Shown: piece by piece, positions 1 through 9,428 of the stretch | Position numbering within the stretch: the stretch's first letter is position 1 | Layout: every line of letters starts with the position of its first letter | Assembly: GCA_905182655.1 (NCBI GenBank) | Contig: CAJJCN010000031.1 | Span: forward strand, 9,344-73,343 | From: Flammeovirgaceae bacterium UBA4465 | GTDB lineage: Bacteria > Bacteroidota > Bacteroidia > Cytophagales > Cyclobacteriaceae | Length of the DNA stretch: 64,000 nucleotides | Direction of reading: 5' to 3' | The notes under the pieces: generated by a model | What the model was told of the DNA's origin: nothing | Database searches by the model: none | The model's input: only the letters and a program-made list of their open reading frames with translations | Program-made: the position numbers and the translations under genes

Positions 1-2090
1 ATATTCATGGAAGGACCAGACGTATCTTTAAATGGATCTCCAACGGTATCTCCTGTAACTGCCGCCTTATGTGCTTCTGATCCTTTGTAGGTCATCTCAC
101 CATTGATCATGACTCCAGCTTCAAATGCTTTTTTAGCGTTGTCCCACGCTCCTCCTGCATTATTTTGGAAAATTGCCCATAAGACACCCGATACCGTCAC
201 GCCAGCCATATAAGAGCCCAATGCTTCAGGCCCCATTACAAATCCTATAATGATGGGACTGATAATCGTTAAAGCACCAGGAAGCATCATTTCTCTGATA
301 GCAGCTTTGGTAGAAATATCTACACACTTACCATATTCTGGTGTACCTGTACCTTCCATGATTCCAGGAATCTCTTTGAATTGACGCCTTACCTCCATGA
401 CCATTTCCATGGCAGCCCGACCCACTGATCTCATCGCTAAAGCAGAAAATACTACCGGGATCATAGCACCCACAAAAAGTGCAGCAAGCACATCTGCCTT
501 ATAAATATTTATACCGTCAATACCTGTGAAGGTTACATAGGCTGCAAAAAGTGCTAATGCTGTCAAAGCAGCAGAAGCAATAGCAAACCCCTTGCCAATG
601 GCTGCAGTAGTGTTGCCTACCGAATCTAAAATATCTGTACGTTCTCTCACTTCTTTAGGTAGTTGACTCATCTCTGCAATACCCCCTGCATTATCCGCTA
701 TAGGTCCAAACGCATCTATGGCCAATTGCATGGCAGTAGTAGCCATCATGGCCGAAGCAGCTATGCCAACCCCGTAAAATCCAGCCAAGGTGTAAGTACC
801 CCATATGGCGGCAGCAAATAATAATATGGGCGCAAATGTAGACATCATTCCTGTTGACAAACCCGCAATAATATTGGTTCCAGCACCCGTTGCCGAGTTC
901 TCAATAATAGACATCACAGGCTTTTTACCCAAGCCCGTATAATATTCTGTGAAATAAGAAATGGCAGCACCTACGACCAAACCTATAATGACACTGCCAA
1001 ATACATTCATTCTAGGTACGTCTATAATACCCACTCCAAAGAAATCCATTTTCATGATTTCTGGAAGCATGAAATTGATAATGAAATAAGAAGCTACCGC
1101 AGTCATTATAATGGAACTCCAGTTACCTATGTTTAAGGCTGTTTGAATCTCTTGCTCTTTGGCATCATTGTTTTTAATATTAATAAAAAACCCTCCAAAA
1201 ATCGAAAAGACAATGCCTACCGCAGCAATCACTAAAGGCAATAAAATAGGCCCCATTCCGCCGAAAATATCATCAATAGCACCTCCCATGTCTCGTATAA
1301 CATAATTACCCAGCACCATGGAAGCCAAAACAGTAGCTACATAAGATCCAAACAAATCAGCACCCATTCCAGCAACATCTCCTACATTATCTCCTACATT
1401 ATCTGCGATAGTTGCTGGATTTCTAGGATCGTCCTCAGGTATCCCTGCCTCTATTTTACCTACTAAATCTGCTCCTACATCTGCTGCCTTAGTATATATA
1501 CCCCCTCCTACTCTTGCAAACAAAGCAATAGATTCTGCTCCCAGTGAAAATCCGGCTAGGGTCTCTAGTACCATGGTCATTTTCTCATTACCATCAACAA
1601 CGCTCCACTCACCTCCCATAACATATTGAAAAAGAACAATAAAGATCACACTCAAGCCAAATACAGCTAATCCTGCAACGCCTAATCCCATGACCATGCC
1701 ACCCGTAAAAGAAACTTTTAATGCATCTGGAAGACTGGTTCTAGCAGCCTGGGTGGTTCTTACATTCGCTTCGGTTGCGATGCGCATTCCTATATTCCCA
1801 GCAAGTGCTGAGAAAAAAGCACCAATAACAAAAGCTACAACTATAAAATAACTGGTCGATTCTATAAAAGAAGAAACCACAGCTAGGAGTGCTCCAGCAA
1901 TCACAACAAAAATGATCAGTACACGGTATTCAGCTGATAAGAATGCTAATGCTCCTTCTTTAATGTGAGAAGAAAGCTCTTGCATATTTTTATTGCCTGC
2001 ATCTTGCTTGATTACCCATTTGGCTTTGATTGCCATCACAATAAGTCCTACGATGGCAAAGACGGGAACGAGATAAATAAAATATTCCAT
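1..2090 (-). CDS. hppA: Membrane-bound pyrophosphate-energised cation pump (H+/Na+-PPase). The N-terminus is complete; the C-terminus runs off the window.
   Basis: Not in the ORF track because no stop lies in the window. Manual minus-strand translation from the ATG at 2090 gives MEYFIYLVPVFAIVGL... with the hallmark motifs GGGIYTKAADVGADLVGK and DNVGDNVGDVAGMGADLF. The GNTTAAIGKGFAI motif has Ala rather than Lys, the position established as the K+-dependence determinant. Confidence 0.93.
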   Translation of the reverse strand, partial: MEYFIYLVPVFAIVGLIVMAIKAKWVIKQDAGNKNMQELSSHIKEGALAFLSAEYRVLIIFVVIAGALLAVVSSFIESTSYFIVVAFVIGAFFSALAGNIGMRIATEANVRTTQAARTSLPDALKVSFTGGMVMGLGVAGLAVFGLSVIFIVLFQYVMGGEWSVVDGNEKMTMVLETLAGFSLGAESIALFARVGGGIYTKAADVGADLVGKIEAGIPEDDPRNPATIADNVGDNVGDVAGMGADLFGSYVATVLASMVLGNYVIRDMGGAIDDIFGGMGPILLPLVIAAVGIVFSIFGGFFINIKNNDAKEQEIQTALNIGNWSSIIMTAVASYFIINFMLPEIMKMDFFGVGIIDVPRMNVFGSVIIGLVVGAAISYFTEYYTGLGKKPVMSIIENSATGAGTNIIAGLSTGMMSTFAPILLFAAAIWGTYTLAGFYGVGIAASAMMATTAMQLAIDAFGPIADNAGGIAEMSQLPKEVRERTDILDSVGNTTAAIGKGFAIASAALTALALFAAYVTFTGIDGINIYKADVLAALFVGAMIPVVFSALAMRSVGRAAMEMVMEVRRQFKEIPGIMEGTGTPEYGKCVDISTKAAIREMMLPGALTIISPIIIGFVMGPEALGSYMAGVTVSGVLWAIFQNNAGGAWDNAKKAFEAGVMINGEMTYKGSEAHKAAVTGDTVGDPFKDTSGPSMN

Positions 2091-2248
2091 TTTTTTAGTT
2101 TGGTATTTTTAAATTTTTGGCAAAGATATGATAATGTTAGATAAATTTTATGACAATTATCTTTACAAAAAAAAAAGGATCATAAATATCGCCCCGAAGA
2201 CCTTGTTGCTAGATTATTTCAGTAAAAAAAACGTAAAAAAGTTTAAAA

Positions 2249-2929
2249 CTATTTTGCCGCACTCGCATTTACATAGTTTAAAAATTCAGATCGCACCGCC
2301 TGGTCATTGAATTTCCCTGAAAAATGTGCCGTCCCTGTTTGACTATTGGTATCCCCAACCCCTCTTGATGAGACACACATGTGTTTGGCATCCATGACTA
2401 CCGCAATGTCTTCGGTATTCAAAAGTTTTTTCAGCTCTTCAGCAATTTGTACCGTCAATCTTTCTTGTACTTGGGGACGCTTCGAAAAATACTGTACAAT
2501 CCTATTGATTTTGGACAGACCGATTACCTTACCGCTTGAAAAGTAAGCCACATGTGCTTTCCCATAAATAGGAACAAAATGATGTTCGCAATGCGAATAG
2601 AAAGTGATGTCTTTTTCAACCAACATTTGATCATAATTGTATTTATTATCAAACAATTTACTGGTGGGCTTACTCGATGGATTTAGACCCGAAAAAACTT
2701 CCTTAACATACATTTTTGCCACTCTGTGGGGCGTACCCTTAAGACTGTCATCACTCAAATCCATTCCCAAGACATGCATGATTTCCCTAAAATGCTTTTC
2801 TATTAACTCAATTTTGAGATCATCATCTTTTTCAAAAGCATCTGGCCTTAATGGCGTTTCATAAGAAAACACATCATGACCTTCATCGTCAGTTAGTGGG
2901 GTATTCGACAAAATTTCTTTCGGTTTCAT
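2249..2929 (-). CDS. folE: GTP cyclohydrolase I
   Basis: 226 aa with an ATG start. Shows the FolE motifs HCEHHFVPIYGKAHVAY and HMCVSSRGV. Confidence 0.93.
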   Translation of the reverse strand: MKPKEILSNTPLTDDEGHDVFSYETPLRPDAFEKDDDLKIELIEKHFREIMHVLGMDLSDDSLKGTPHRVAKMYVKEVFSGLNPSSKPTSKLFDNKYNYDQMLVEKDITFYSHCEHHFVPIYGKAHVAYFSSGKVIGLSKINRIVQYFSKRPQVQERLTVQIAEELKKLLNTEDIAVVMDAKHMCVSSRGVGDTNSQTGTAHFSGKFNDQAVRSEFLNYVNASAAK

Positions 2930-3320
2930 ACAATAATATTTTTATTTCGTAACGATTTTCAATTTTAGATTTTAATATCTCATAAATGGTAATAGCAATA
3001 TTTTCTGCAGTAGGATTGAGACCCTCAAACTCCTTAACATCTAGGTTTAAATTTTTGTGGTCAAATCGGTCGAGTATGTTTTCCTTAATAATGTCACTTA
3101 ATAATTTCATGTCATAAACATATCCGGTCGTCACGTCGACTTCGCCCGTTAATTTTACCGTCAAGTCATAATTGTGTCCATGGTAGTTAGCGTTGTTACA
3201 CTTACCAAATATTTTAGCATTTTCTGTATCTGACAAACTGGGATTATGAAGTCTGTGAGCCGCATTGAAATGCTCTTTTCTAAAAACCGAAACTTTTTTC
3301 ATGCTAAGCTGTTCAATCAT
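2889..3320 (-). CDS. 6-pyruvoyl-tetrahydropterin synthase, COG0720 family (PTPS/QueD), eukaryote-like Cx5HGH type
   Basis: 143 aa. FGKCNNANYHGHNYDL closely parallels human PTPS FGKCNNPNGHGHNYKV, and the size matches. Overlaps the folE start by 41 nt. An alternative ATG exists at 3302. Confidence 0.85.
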   Translation of the reverse strand: MIEQLSMKKVSVFRKEHFNAAHRLHNPSLSDTENAKIFGKCNNANYHGHNYDLTVKLTGEVDVTTGYVYDMKLLSDIIKENILDRFDHKNLNLDVKEFEGLNPTAENIAITIYEILKSKIENRYEIKILLYETERNFVEYPTN

Positions 3321-3440
3321 ACAAATATTAACCTTGCAAGATAGAAATCAAAAAAAAAGAAGATTAGTTCATTAATTGAAACAATTATATCCTGATTATC
3401 CTTTAATTCACGTTAATAATTGATTGTTTTGCATTGCAAA

Positions 3441-4100
3441 ATGGAGATTAAAGAAATAAAATCGAAAATAACAAAATATCAACAAGCTGGTAAACGGATA
3501 TTTACTACCTCATCTTTCCAAACTCACAGTTTAGTTTTATTACATATCATCAAGAAAATCAGTCCTGAGATTCCAGTTTATTTTATCAATACAGGTTATC
3601 TATTTCCTGAAACGGTCAGATTTAAGGATCACATTACGGATCTCTTTCAATTAACCGTGATTGATCTAAAACCTGCTACGCCCAAGTACTTGCAAAAAGA
3701 GCCCAATGGAAAACTCTTGTATACCTCAGACCCTGATCATTGCTGTGCTATCAATAAAATACAACCATTGGATACCGTTTTGGCTACCTATGATGTTTGG
3801 ATGAACGGAGTTCGCGCAGATCAAAGTGCGACCCGAAGCGCCATGAAGATTGAACAAGCAGCCCCCCACAATACGGTAAGATTTCATCCCATGCTCGATT
3901 GGAATCAGAAAAAAATATTTGAATATCTTAAACAATACAATATCCCTAAGCATCCACTAGAGCAGCGTGGTTATACAAGTATCGGCTGCGAACCTTGTAC
4001 GAGAAAAGTAGATTTAGAAATGCAAGCACGTGAAGCTCGCTGGTTTGGTTTAAATAAAGTGGAATGTGGCTTACACACTGATTTAATTGTGAAAGAATGA
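3441..4100 (+). CDS. cysH: Adenylyl-sulfate/phosphoadenylyl-sulfate reductase (thioredoxin-dependent)
   Basis: Carries the PAPS_reduct fold motifs, the C-terminal SIGCEPCTR, and a CC pair (DHCCAINK) typical of Fe-S-containing APS reductases. The track starts at TTG 3420; the ATG at 3441 (MEIKEIK) is the more likely start. Confidence 0.85.
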   Translation: MEIKEIKSKITKYQQAGKRIFTTSSFQTHSLVLLHIIKKISPEIPVYFINTGYLFPETVRFKDHITDLFQLTVIDLKPATPKYLQKEPNGKLLYTSDPDHCCAINKIQPLDTVLATYDVWMNGVRADQSATRSAMKIEQAAPHNTVRFHPMLDWNQKKIFEYLKQYNIPKHPLEQRGYTSIGCEPCTRKVDLEMQAREARWFGLNKVECGLHTDLIVKE

Positions 4101-5017
4101 ATGTTTTAATTACTGGAGGTGCGGGATATGTAGGAACTGAATTATTGGCGAGATTGGCGCTCAACAAAGAAATTACTAAAATTACCATTTATGACAATTT
4201 GAGTAGAGGTCATAGAAGTCTTTTTTTAGGAAAAAAAGTACCTTTTTTATCTAAAATCGAGTTTGTTCACGGAGAAATATTGGACTCCAGATTATTAAAG
4301 AAAAAGTTGATAGATACGGATGTCTTAATACATTTAGCTGCCATTGTAACCACACCCTTTGCAAATACAGATCCCCATTTTTATGAGCAAGTGAATCATT
4401 GGGGTACTGCAGAAGTAGTCTATGCCGCAGAAGAAAGTGGGGTCTCAAAGTTCATCCATCTTAGTAGTACAGCTGTTTATGGCACAGGAGCCGATCTGGC
4501 CGACGAATCCACTCTTCCGCTGCCACAAACTTATTATGGGATATCAAAACTTAGAGGTGAGGCACACGTCAACCGGCTGATGGAGAAAAAAAATGCCATC
4601 ATACTTAGAGGAGGAAATATCTATGGATTCAGCAAAAGCATGCGCTTTGATGCGGTCATCAATAAATTCATGTTTGATGCCCATTTTACCAACCGTATTC
4701 AAATATTCGGTAACGGGAAGCAGACCCGAGCTTTCATTCATGTAGCACATATAGTAAACACCCTTGAGCAATGCATTTTGAAAGAGATCCCCACAGGGAC
4801 TTACAATCTTGTGGACAAAAATTTACAGATTCTAGATATTTTAGACGTCCTAAAGGAATTGTATCCAGACTTAGAATTTATTTATGCCAACCAGCACATG
4901 AAACTCAGAGAATTAAATGTGAGCCTCGATAGTAAAATATTTGACTATGTCAACGGGTTTCCATCAACCTCCCTCTCTGATGAATTGCAATTATTCAAAT
5001 CACAATTTGCGTTCTAA
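4097..5017 (+). CDS. NAD-dependent epimerase/dehydratase (extended SDR)
   Basis: 306 aa. N-terminal GGAGYVG Rossmann motif and YxxxK (YYGISK). ATGA overlap with the cysH stop. Confidence 0.75.
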   Translation: MNVLITGGAGYVGTELLARLALNKEITKITIYDNLSRGHRSLFLGKKVPFLSKIEFVHGEILDSRLLKKKLIDTDVLIHLAAIVTTPFANTDPHFYEQVNHWGTAEVVYAAEESGVSKFIHLSSTAVYGTGADLADESTLPLPQTYYGISKLRGEAHVNRLMEKKNAIILRGGNIYGFSKSMRFDAVINKFMFDAHFTNRIQIFGNGKQTRAFIHVAHIVNTLEQCILKEIPTGTYNLVDKNLQILDILDVLKELYPDLEFIYANQHMKLRELNVSLDSKIFDYVNGFPSTSLSDELQLFKSQFAF

Positions 5018-5086
5018 AAAAAACATCATTCGGATCTTATGGGATTGAATTATCCATAATTAAGTGTCGTTTATTTGAGTTCTGGT

Positions 5087-5094
5087 TAGTTTTG
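5087..5094 (+). promoter_or_regulatory. Candidate Bacteroidota -7 promoter box (TAGTTTTG) upstream of valS
   Basis: Matches the TAnnTTTG consensus 30 nt upstream of the valS ATG. No well-spaced -33 TTTG is visible. Confidence 0.25.
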
Positions 5095-5123
5095 CGAAAA
5101 GCATAAGATTTTAAAAGAAAAGA

Positions 5124-7799
5124 ATGGCCCTATCAACCAAATATGATCCCGCTCAAGTTGAAGACAAATGGTACCAATATTGGATGGAGAAGGGACATTT
5201 CAAAGCCAAAGTAAATCCTAATAAAAAGCCTTTTAGTATTGTCATCCCCCCACCCAATGTTACGGGCGTACTCCACATGGGTCACATGCTCAATAATACC
5301 ATCCAAGACATCCTAATAAGGAAAGCAAGAATGCAGGGCTTTGAAGCTTGTTGGGTACCGGGTACGGATCATGCCTCGATTGCTACCGAAGCAAAAGTTG
5401 TAAAAATGCTGAGAACAAAAGGGATCAAAAAAAGTGATCTCAGTAGAGAGGCTTTCATGGAGCATGCTTGGGAGTGGAAAGAAAAGTATGGGGGTATCAT
5501 CCTTGAACAATTAAAAAAATTAGGGGCTTCATGCGATTGGGATAGAACAGCCTTTACCATGGATAAAGACTATTATGCGTCCGTTATTAAAGTATTTGTC
5601 GACCTTTTTAATAAAGGTTATGTCTATCGAAGTCTTCGTATGGTAAATTGGGATGTAGAAGCCCAAACAGCGGTATCGAATGAAGAGGTTCTCTATAAAG
5701 AAGGTGGTGAAATTTCAAAACTTTATTCAGTCAAGTATCAAATTGAAAATAGTAGCGAATACATCACCATCGCTACACAAAGGCCTGAGACCATCATGGG
5801 AGATACAGGTATTGCCGTTAATCCCGAGGACCGTCGTTACCAACACTTAATTGGAAAGACCGTCATCATTCCTTTCGTCAATAGACGAGTGCCCATCATT
5901 GCCGATGAATACGTAACTATGGATTTTGGTACGGGTTGTTTAAAGGTAACTCCAGCCCATGATACGAATGATTATGAAATTGGGCTGCGTCACGGGCTAG
6001 AAATAATTGATACCATTGGATTAGATGGCAAACTAACTTCAGCCTGTGAAGTTGAAAAATACACGGGAATGGATCGTTTTGAAGTGAGGAAACAGATCGT
6101 AAAAGATATGAAGGTCATGGAAATCCTAGTAAATGAAGAGGATTTTAATACAAGAATCGGTAGATCTGAAAGGACCGATACGGTCATTGAGCCCAAGCTG
6201 TCACTGCAATGGTTCATAAAAATGAAATCCATCTCAAAAACGGCTCATGAAGTAGTCATGAATGATGAAATTCGTCTTTTCCCCCCAAAATTTAAGAACA
6301 CCTATCATCATTGGATGGAAAATGTCCGTGACTGGTGTATCTCTCGACAGCTTTGGTGGGGTCAACGAATCCCTGCCTATTATTTCGGGAAAGGTGAAGA
6401 TGATTTTGTGGTAGCGGTAAACGAAAAAGAGGCACTAACATTGGCTCAAAAAAAGTCAGGTAAAATGAACCTGAAGCCATCCGATCTTCATCAGGACGAA
6501 GATGTTCTGGATACCTGGGCTTCATCTTGGCTCTTTCCTTTGGCCGTTTTTGATGGGTTTAACGATCAGGGATTTGACACTGAAACAGGTAAGATATTAC
6601 CTAAAAAAAATGAAGAGTTAGATTATTTCTATCCTACAGATACCCTGGTCACCGCTCCTGAAATTTTGTTTTTCTGGGTAGCCCGAATGGTCATTGCAGG
6701 CTATGAATACACTGGGGAAAAACCTTTTAAAAATGTCTATCTCACAGGAATTGTTCGTGACAAACAGAGAAGAAAAATGTCTAAATCATTGGGCAATTCA
6801 CCCAATCCTTTGGATCTCATAAAAAAGTATGGCGCCGATGGCGTAAGAACAGGTATGTTGTTCAGCTCTCCCGCTGGAAATGACCTCCTTTTTGATGAAA
6901 AATTAGTCGAACAAGGTCAGAAATTTTCTAATAAAATCTGGAACGCTTTTCGACTCATTCAAGGTTGGGAAGTAGAAGAAATTGAGCAACCTAGCGAAAA
7001 TCAATTGGCCATTCGTTGGTTTGAGTCCAATTTTCAAAAAGCATTGTTAGAACTAGAAGATCACTTTTCTAAATTCAGAATGTCTGATGCTTTAATGACC
7101 GTTTATAAGTTGGTATGGAATGATTTCTGCAGTTGGTATCTAGAGTGGATCAAGCCTAATTATGGGGCCCCAATAGACACTAAAACCCATCAACAGACCG
7201 TTTCTTTTTTGGAGCAATTAATGAAAATTCTGCATCCATTTATGCCCTTCATTACAGAAGAAATATGGCATAGTTTGCAAAAAAGAGCCGCTGATGAAGA
7301 TTTGATTGTCGCTGAATGGCCAATCTCCCAAAAATTCGATGAAACCATTTTAGCTGATGCTTCTTTCCTTTTTGAAATTATTGCACAAATAAGAAATATT
7401 AGAAATAAAAATCAAATATCTCCAAAAATAAAATTAACCCTAAACATCAATAGTGAGGCCTCCCTTTTTACTACGATCCACGCTTCCTTGATGAAAATGG
7501 CCAACTTGGAAAAAATCTCATTTATCAAAGAAAAACCAGCACAGAGTCATGCCTTCTTAATTCATTCAAAGGAATTTTCTATTGTGTCGACTAAAACTAT
7601 AGATCTCGATTCTGAACGCGAAACACTTCAAAAGGAATTGGACTATACCCGTGGCTTTCTTGAAAATGTACTCAAAAAAATGAGTAATGAGCGCTTCGTT
7701 AATCATGCACCTCCAAAAGTTTTAGAGATAGAAAAAAAGAAGCAAGCAGACGCAGAAGCTAAAATTGAAACGCTCATGGAAAGCCTTAAAAAACTCTAA
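5124..7799 (+). CDS. valS: Valine--tRNA ligase
   Basis: 891 aa. Class I motifs HMGH and KMSKS, plus a C-terminal coiled coil. Confidence 0.97.
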   Translation: MALSTKYDPAQVEDKWYQYWMEKGHFKAKVNPNKKPFSIVIPPPNVTGVLHMGHMLNNTIQDILIRKARMQGFEACWVPGTDHASIATEAKVVKMLRTKGIKKSDLSREAFMEHAWEWKEKYGGIILEQLKKLGASCDWDRTAFTMDKDYYASVIKVFVDLFNKGYVYRSLRMVNWDVEAQTAVSNEEVLYKEGGEISKLYSVKYQIENSSEYITIATQRPETIMGDTGIAVNPEDRRYQHLIGKTVIIPFVNRRVPIIADEYVTMDFGTGCLKVTPAHDTNDYEIGLRHGLEIIDTIGLDGKLTSACEVEKYTGMDRFEVRKQIVKDMKVMEILVNEEDFNTRIGRSERTDTVIEPKLSLQWFIKMKSISKTAHEVVMNDEIRLFPPKFKNTYHHWMENVRDWCISRQLWWGQRIPAYYFGKGEDDFVVAVNEKEALTLAQKKSGKMNLKPSDLHQDEDVLDTWASSWLFPLAVFDGFNDQGFDTETGKILPKKNEELDYFYPTDTLVTAPEILFFWVARMVIAGYEYTGEKPFKNVYLTGIVRDKQRRKMSKSLGNSPNPLDLIKKYGADGVRTGMLFSSPAGNDLLFDEKLVEQGQKFSNKIWNAFRLIQGWEVEEIEQPSENQLAIRWFESNFQKALLELEDHFSKFRMSDALMTVYKLVWNDFCSWYLEWIKPNYGAPIDTKTHQQTVSFLEQLMKILHPFMPFITEEIWHSLQKRAADEDLIVAEWPISQKFDETILADASFLFEIIAQIRNIRNKNQISPKIKLTLNINSEASLFTTIHASLMKMANLEKISFIKEKPAQSHAFLIHSKEFSIVSTKTIDLDSERETLQKELDYTRGFLENVLKKMSNERFVNHAPPKVLEIEKKKQADAEAKIETLMESLKKL

Positions 7800-9022
7800 A
7801 ATCGAGCGGCCATCAACAACCTGAGATCCTTGAAAATTAAGTTGTATTTCGTAGCTAAATGTTGGTTAGAAATACTTCCTTTATAGGCATAAACGCCTTT
7901 CATGAACCACTGATTTCTTAAAATCATCTCCTCTATTCCTCCAGCTTCACCCATTTGGATCAAGATAGGTGTTAGAATATTTGAAATGGCAATAGATGCC
8001 GTTCTTGGGACTCTAGAAGCAATATTAGGCACACAATAATGAACCACGTCGTATTTTCTAAACGTAGGTGAATCCAACGTAGTTAAGCGTGAGGTTTCAA
8101 TGCAGCCTCCTTGATCAATACTCACATCTATGACCAAAGAATTGGGCTTCATTTTGGCAATCATTTCTTCACTAACCACCATGCCGTTGATCCCATTTTC
8201 TGCCCGCATCGCACCAATCAAAACATCAGCGGACTCCAACGCTTTTCCCAACGACGGATGGTCAAAGGTCGAAGTATGAACCTGCCAACCCACCGCATGC
8301 TTCAACCTCCTTAATTTATAAATTCTATTATCAAAAACTTGTAAATCAACTCCCAAGCCTAGGGCGGCTCGCGTTGCATATTCAGCTACCGTTCCCGCGC
8401 CGATAATGACCGCCTTAGTAGGAGGTACACCTGTTACTCCACCTAAAATCACACCTGATCCACTATTAGTTTTACTCAAAAGTTCTGCTGCAATTAACAT
8501 CACCGAACTCCCTGCAATTTCACTCATGGATCTTACGATCGGTAGCCCTCCTACCTTATCTTCAATAAACTCATAGGCCAATCCAATGATTTTCTTTTCC
8601 TGAAGCGCTTTCAGGTACTTAATAGACTGACGACTCGGTTGTAGTGCAGATATCAAGGTCGCACCCGATGGGATGAAACCTATCTCCTCAATACTAGGAG
8701 GTTCAACCTTAAGTATGACATCCGAAGCAAAAACAGTTTTACGATTATAAACAATCTGCGCCCCCACCTCACTGTAATCAGTATCTACGTAATTGGCTGA
8801 ATTACCAGCAGATGCCTCTACATTTACCTGATGACCATTCTGTACAAGTACTTCGACTGATTCAGGTTTTAAAGATATTCTATTTTCTTGCGCTCCTATC
8901 TCCAACGGCACGCCAATGGTCAATGATTTAGCTTTTTTATCTTTTTTTAACTGTTTTTCTTCTGGGTACAGGGCAGCAGCCCTACTTATTTTCTCAAACC
9001 CAGATTTATTTTCTTCTATCAT
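7796..9022 (-). CDS. Alanine dehydrogenase/PNT-family NAD(H)-binding dehydrogenase
   Basis: 408 aa. AlaDH/PNT N- and C-domains with the glycine-rich loop IIGAGTVAEYA. Its stop overlaps the convergent valS stop. Confidence 0.7.
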   Translation of the reverse strand: MIEENKSGFEKISRAAALYPEEKQLKKDKKAKSLTIGVPLEIGAQENRISLKPESVEVLVQNGHQVNVEASAGNSANYVDTDYSEVGAQIVYNRKTVFASDVILKVEPPSIEEIGFIPSGATLISALQPSRQSIKYLKALQEKKIIGLAYEFIEDKVGGLPIVRSMSEIAGSSVMLIAAELLSKTNSGSGVILGGVTGVPPTKAVIIGAGTVAEYATRAALGLGVDLQVFDNRIYKLRRLKHAVGWQVHTSTFDHPSLGKALESADVLIGAMRAENGINGMVVSEEMIAKMKPNSLVIDVSIDQGGCIETSRLTTLDSPTFRKYDVVHYCVPNIASRVPRTASIAISNILTPILIQMGEAGGIEEMILRNQWFMKGVYAYKGSISNQHLATKYNLIFKDLRLLMAARF

Positions 9023-9428
9023 ATGATTCGAAACTGATTTCCCTTTGACTCTCGGAGGTTAATTTAATATTAATATTAAGGTATTTTTCGGGCAACAAGG
9101 CGGTGATGTTTTCAGACCATTCGATGAAGCATAAATGATTACTGTAAAAATAATCCTCAATGCCCAAATTGACCGCTTCTAATACATTGGTTATTCTGTA
9201 AAAATCAAAATGATAAATAGGGTTGTCATCATTGCAGTGGTATTCATTGACGATGGAAAAGGTAGGAGAATGGATCTCATCGCTTACCCCTAAAAATTCA
9301 CCTATCTTTTTAATCAAAGTAGTTTTACCTACCCCCATGTCACCATTGATACAGATGATTTTATGATCCTCCAAAGCATTTATGATTTTACGCGCAACCT
9401 TATTTATCTGATCTAAAGAATAAATCAT
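9006..9428 (-). CDS. tsaE: tRNA t6A37 threonylcarbamoyl-transfer ATPase TsaE (YjeE)
   Basis: 140 aa. P-loop GDMGVGKTT, SPTF motif, and the typical size. Confidence 0.88.
   Translation of the reverse strand: MIYSLDQINKVARKIINALEDHKIICINGDMGVGKTTLIKKIGEFLGVSDEIHSPTFSIVNEYHCNDDNPIYHFDFYRITNVLEAVNLGIEDYFYSNHLCFIEWSENITALLPEKYLNINIKLTSESQREISFESYDRRK

Noticed and set aside
2889-2929. The 41-nt overlap between PTPS and folE as evidence of a frameshift or a fused gene.
   Set aside because: Both ORFs are full length relative to their families (143 and 226 aa), and folE has a proper ATG. The overlap is consistent with operon coupling. An alternative downstream folE start cannot be excluded.
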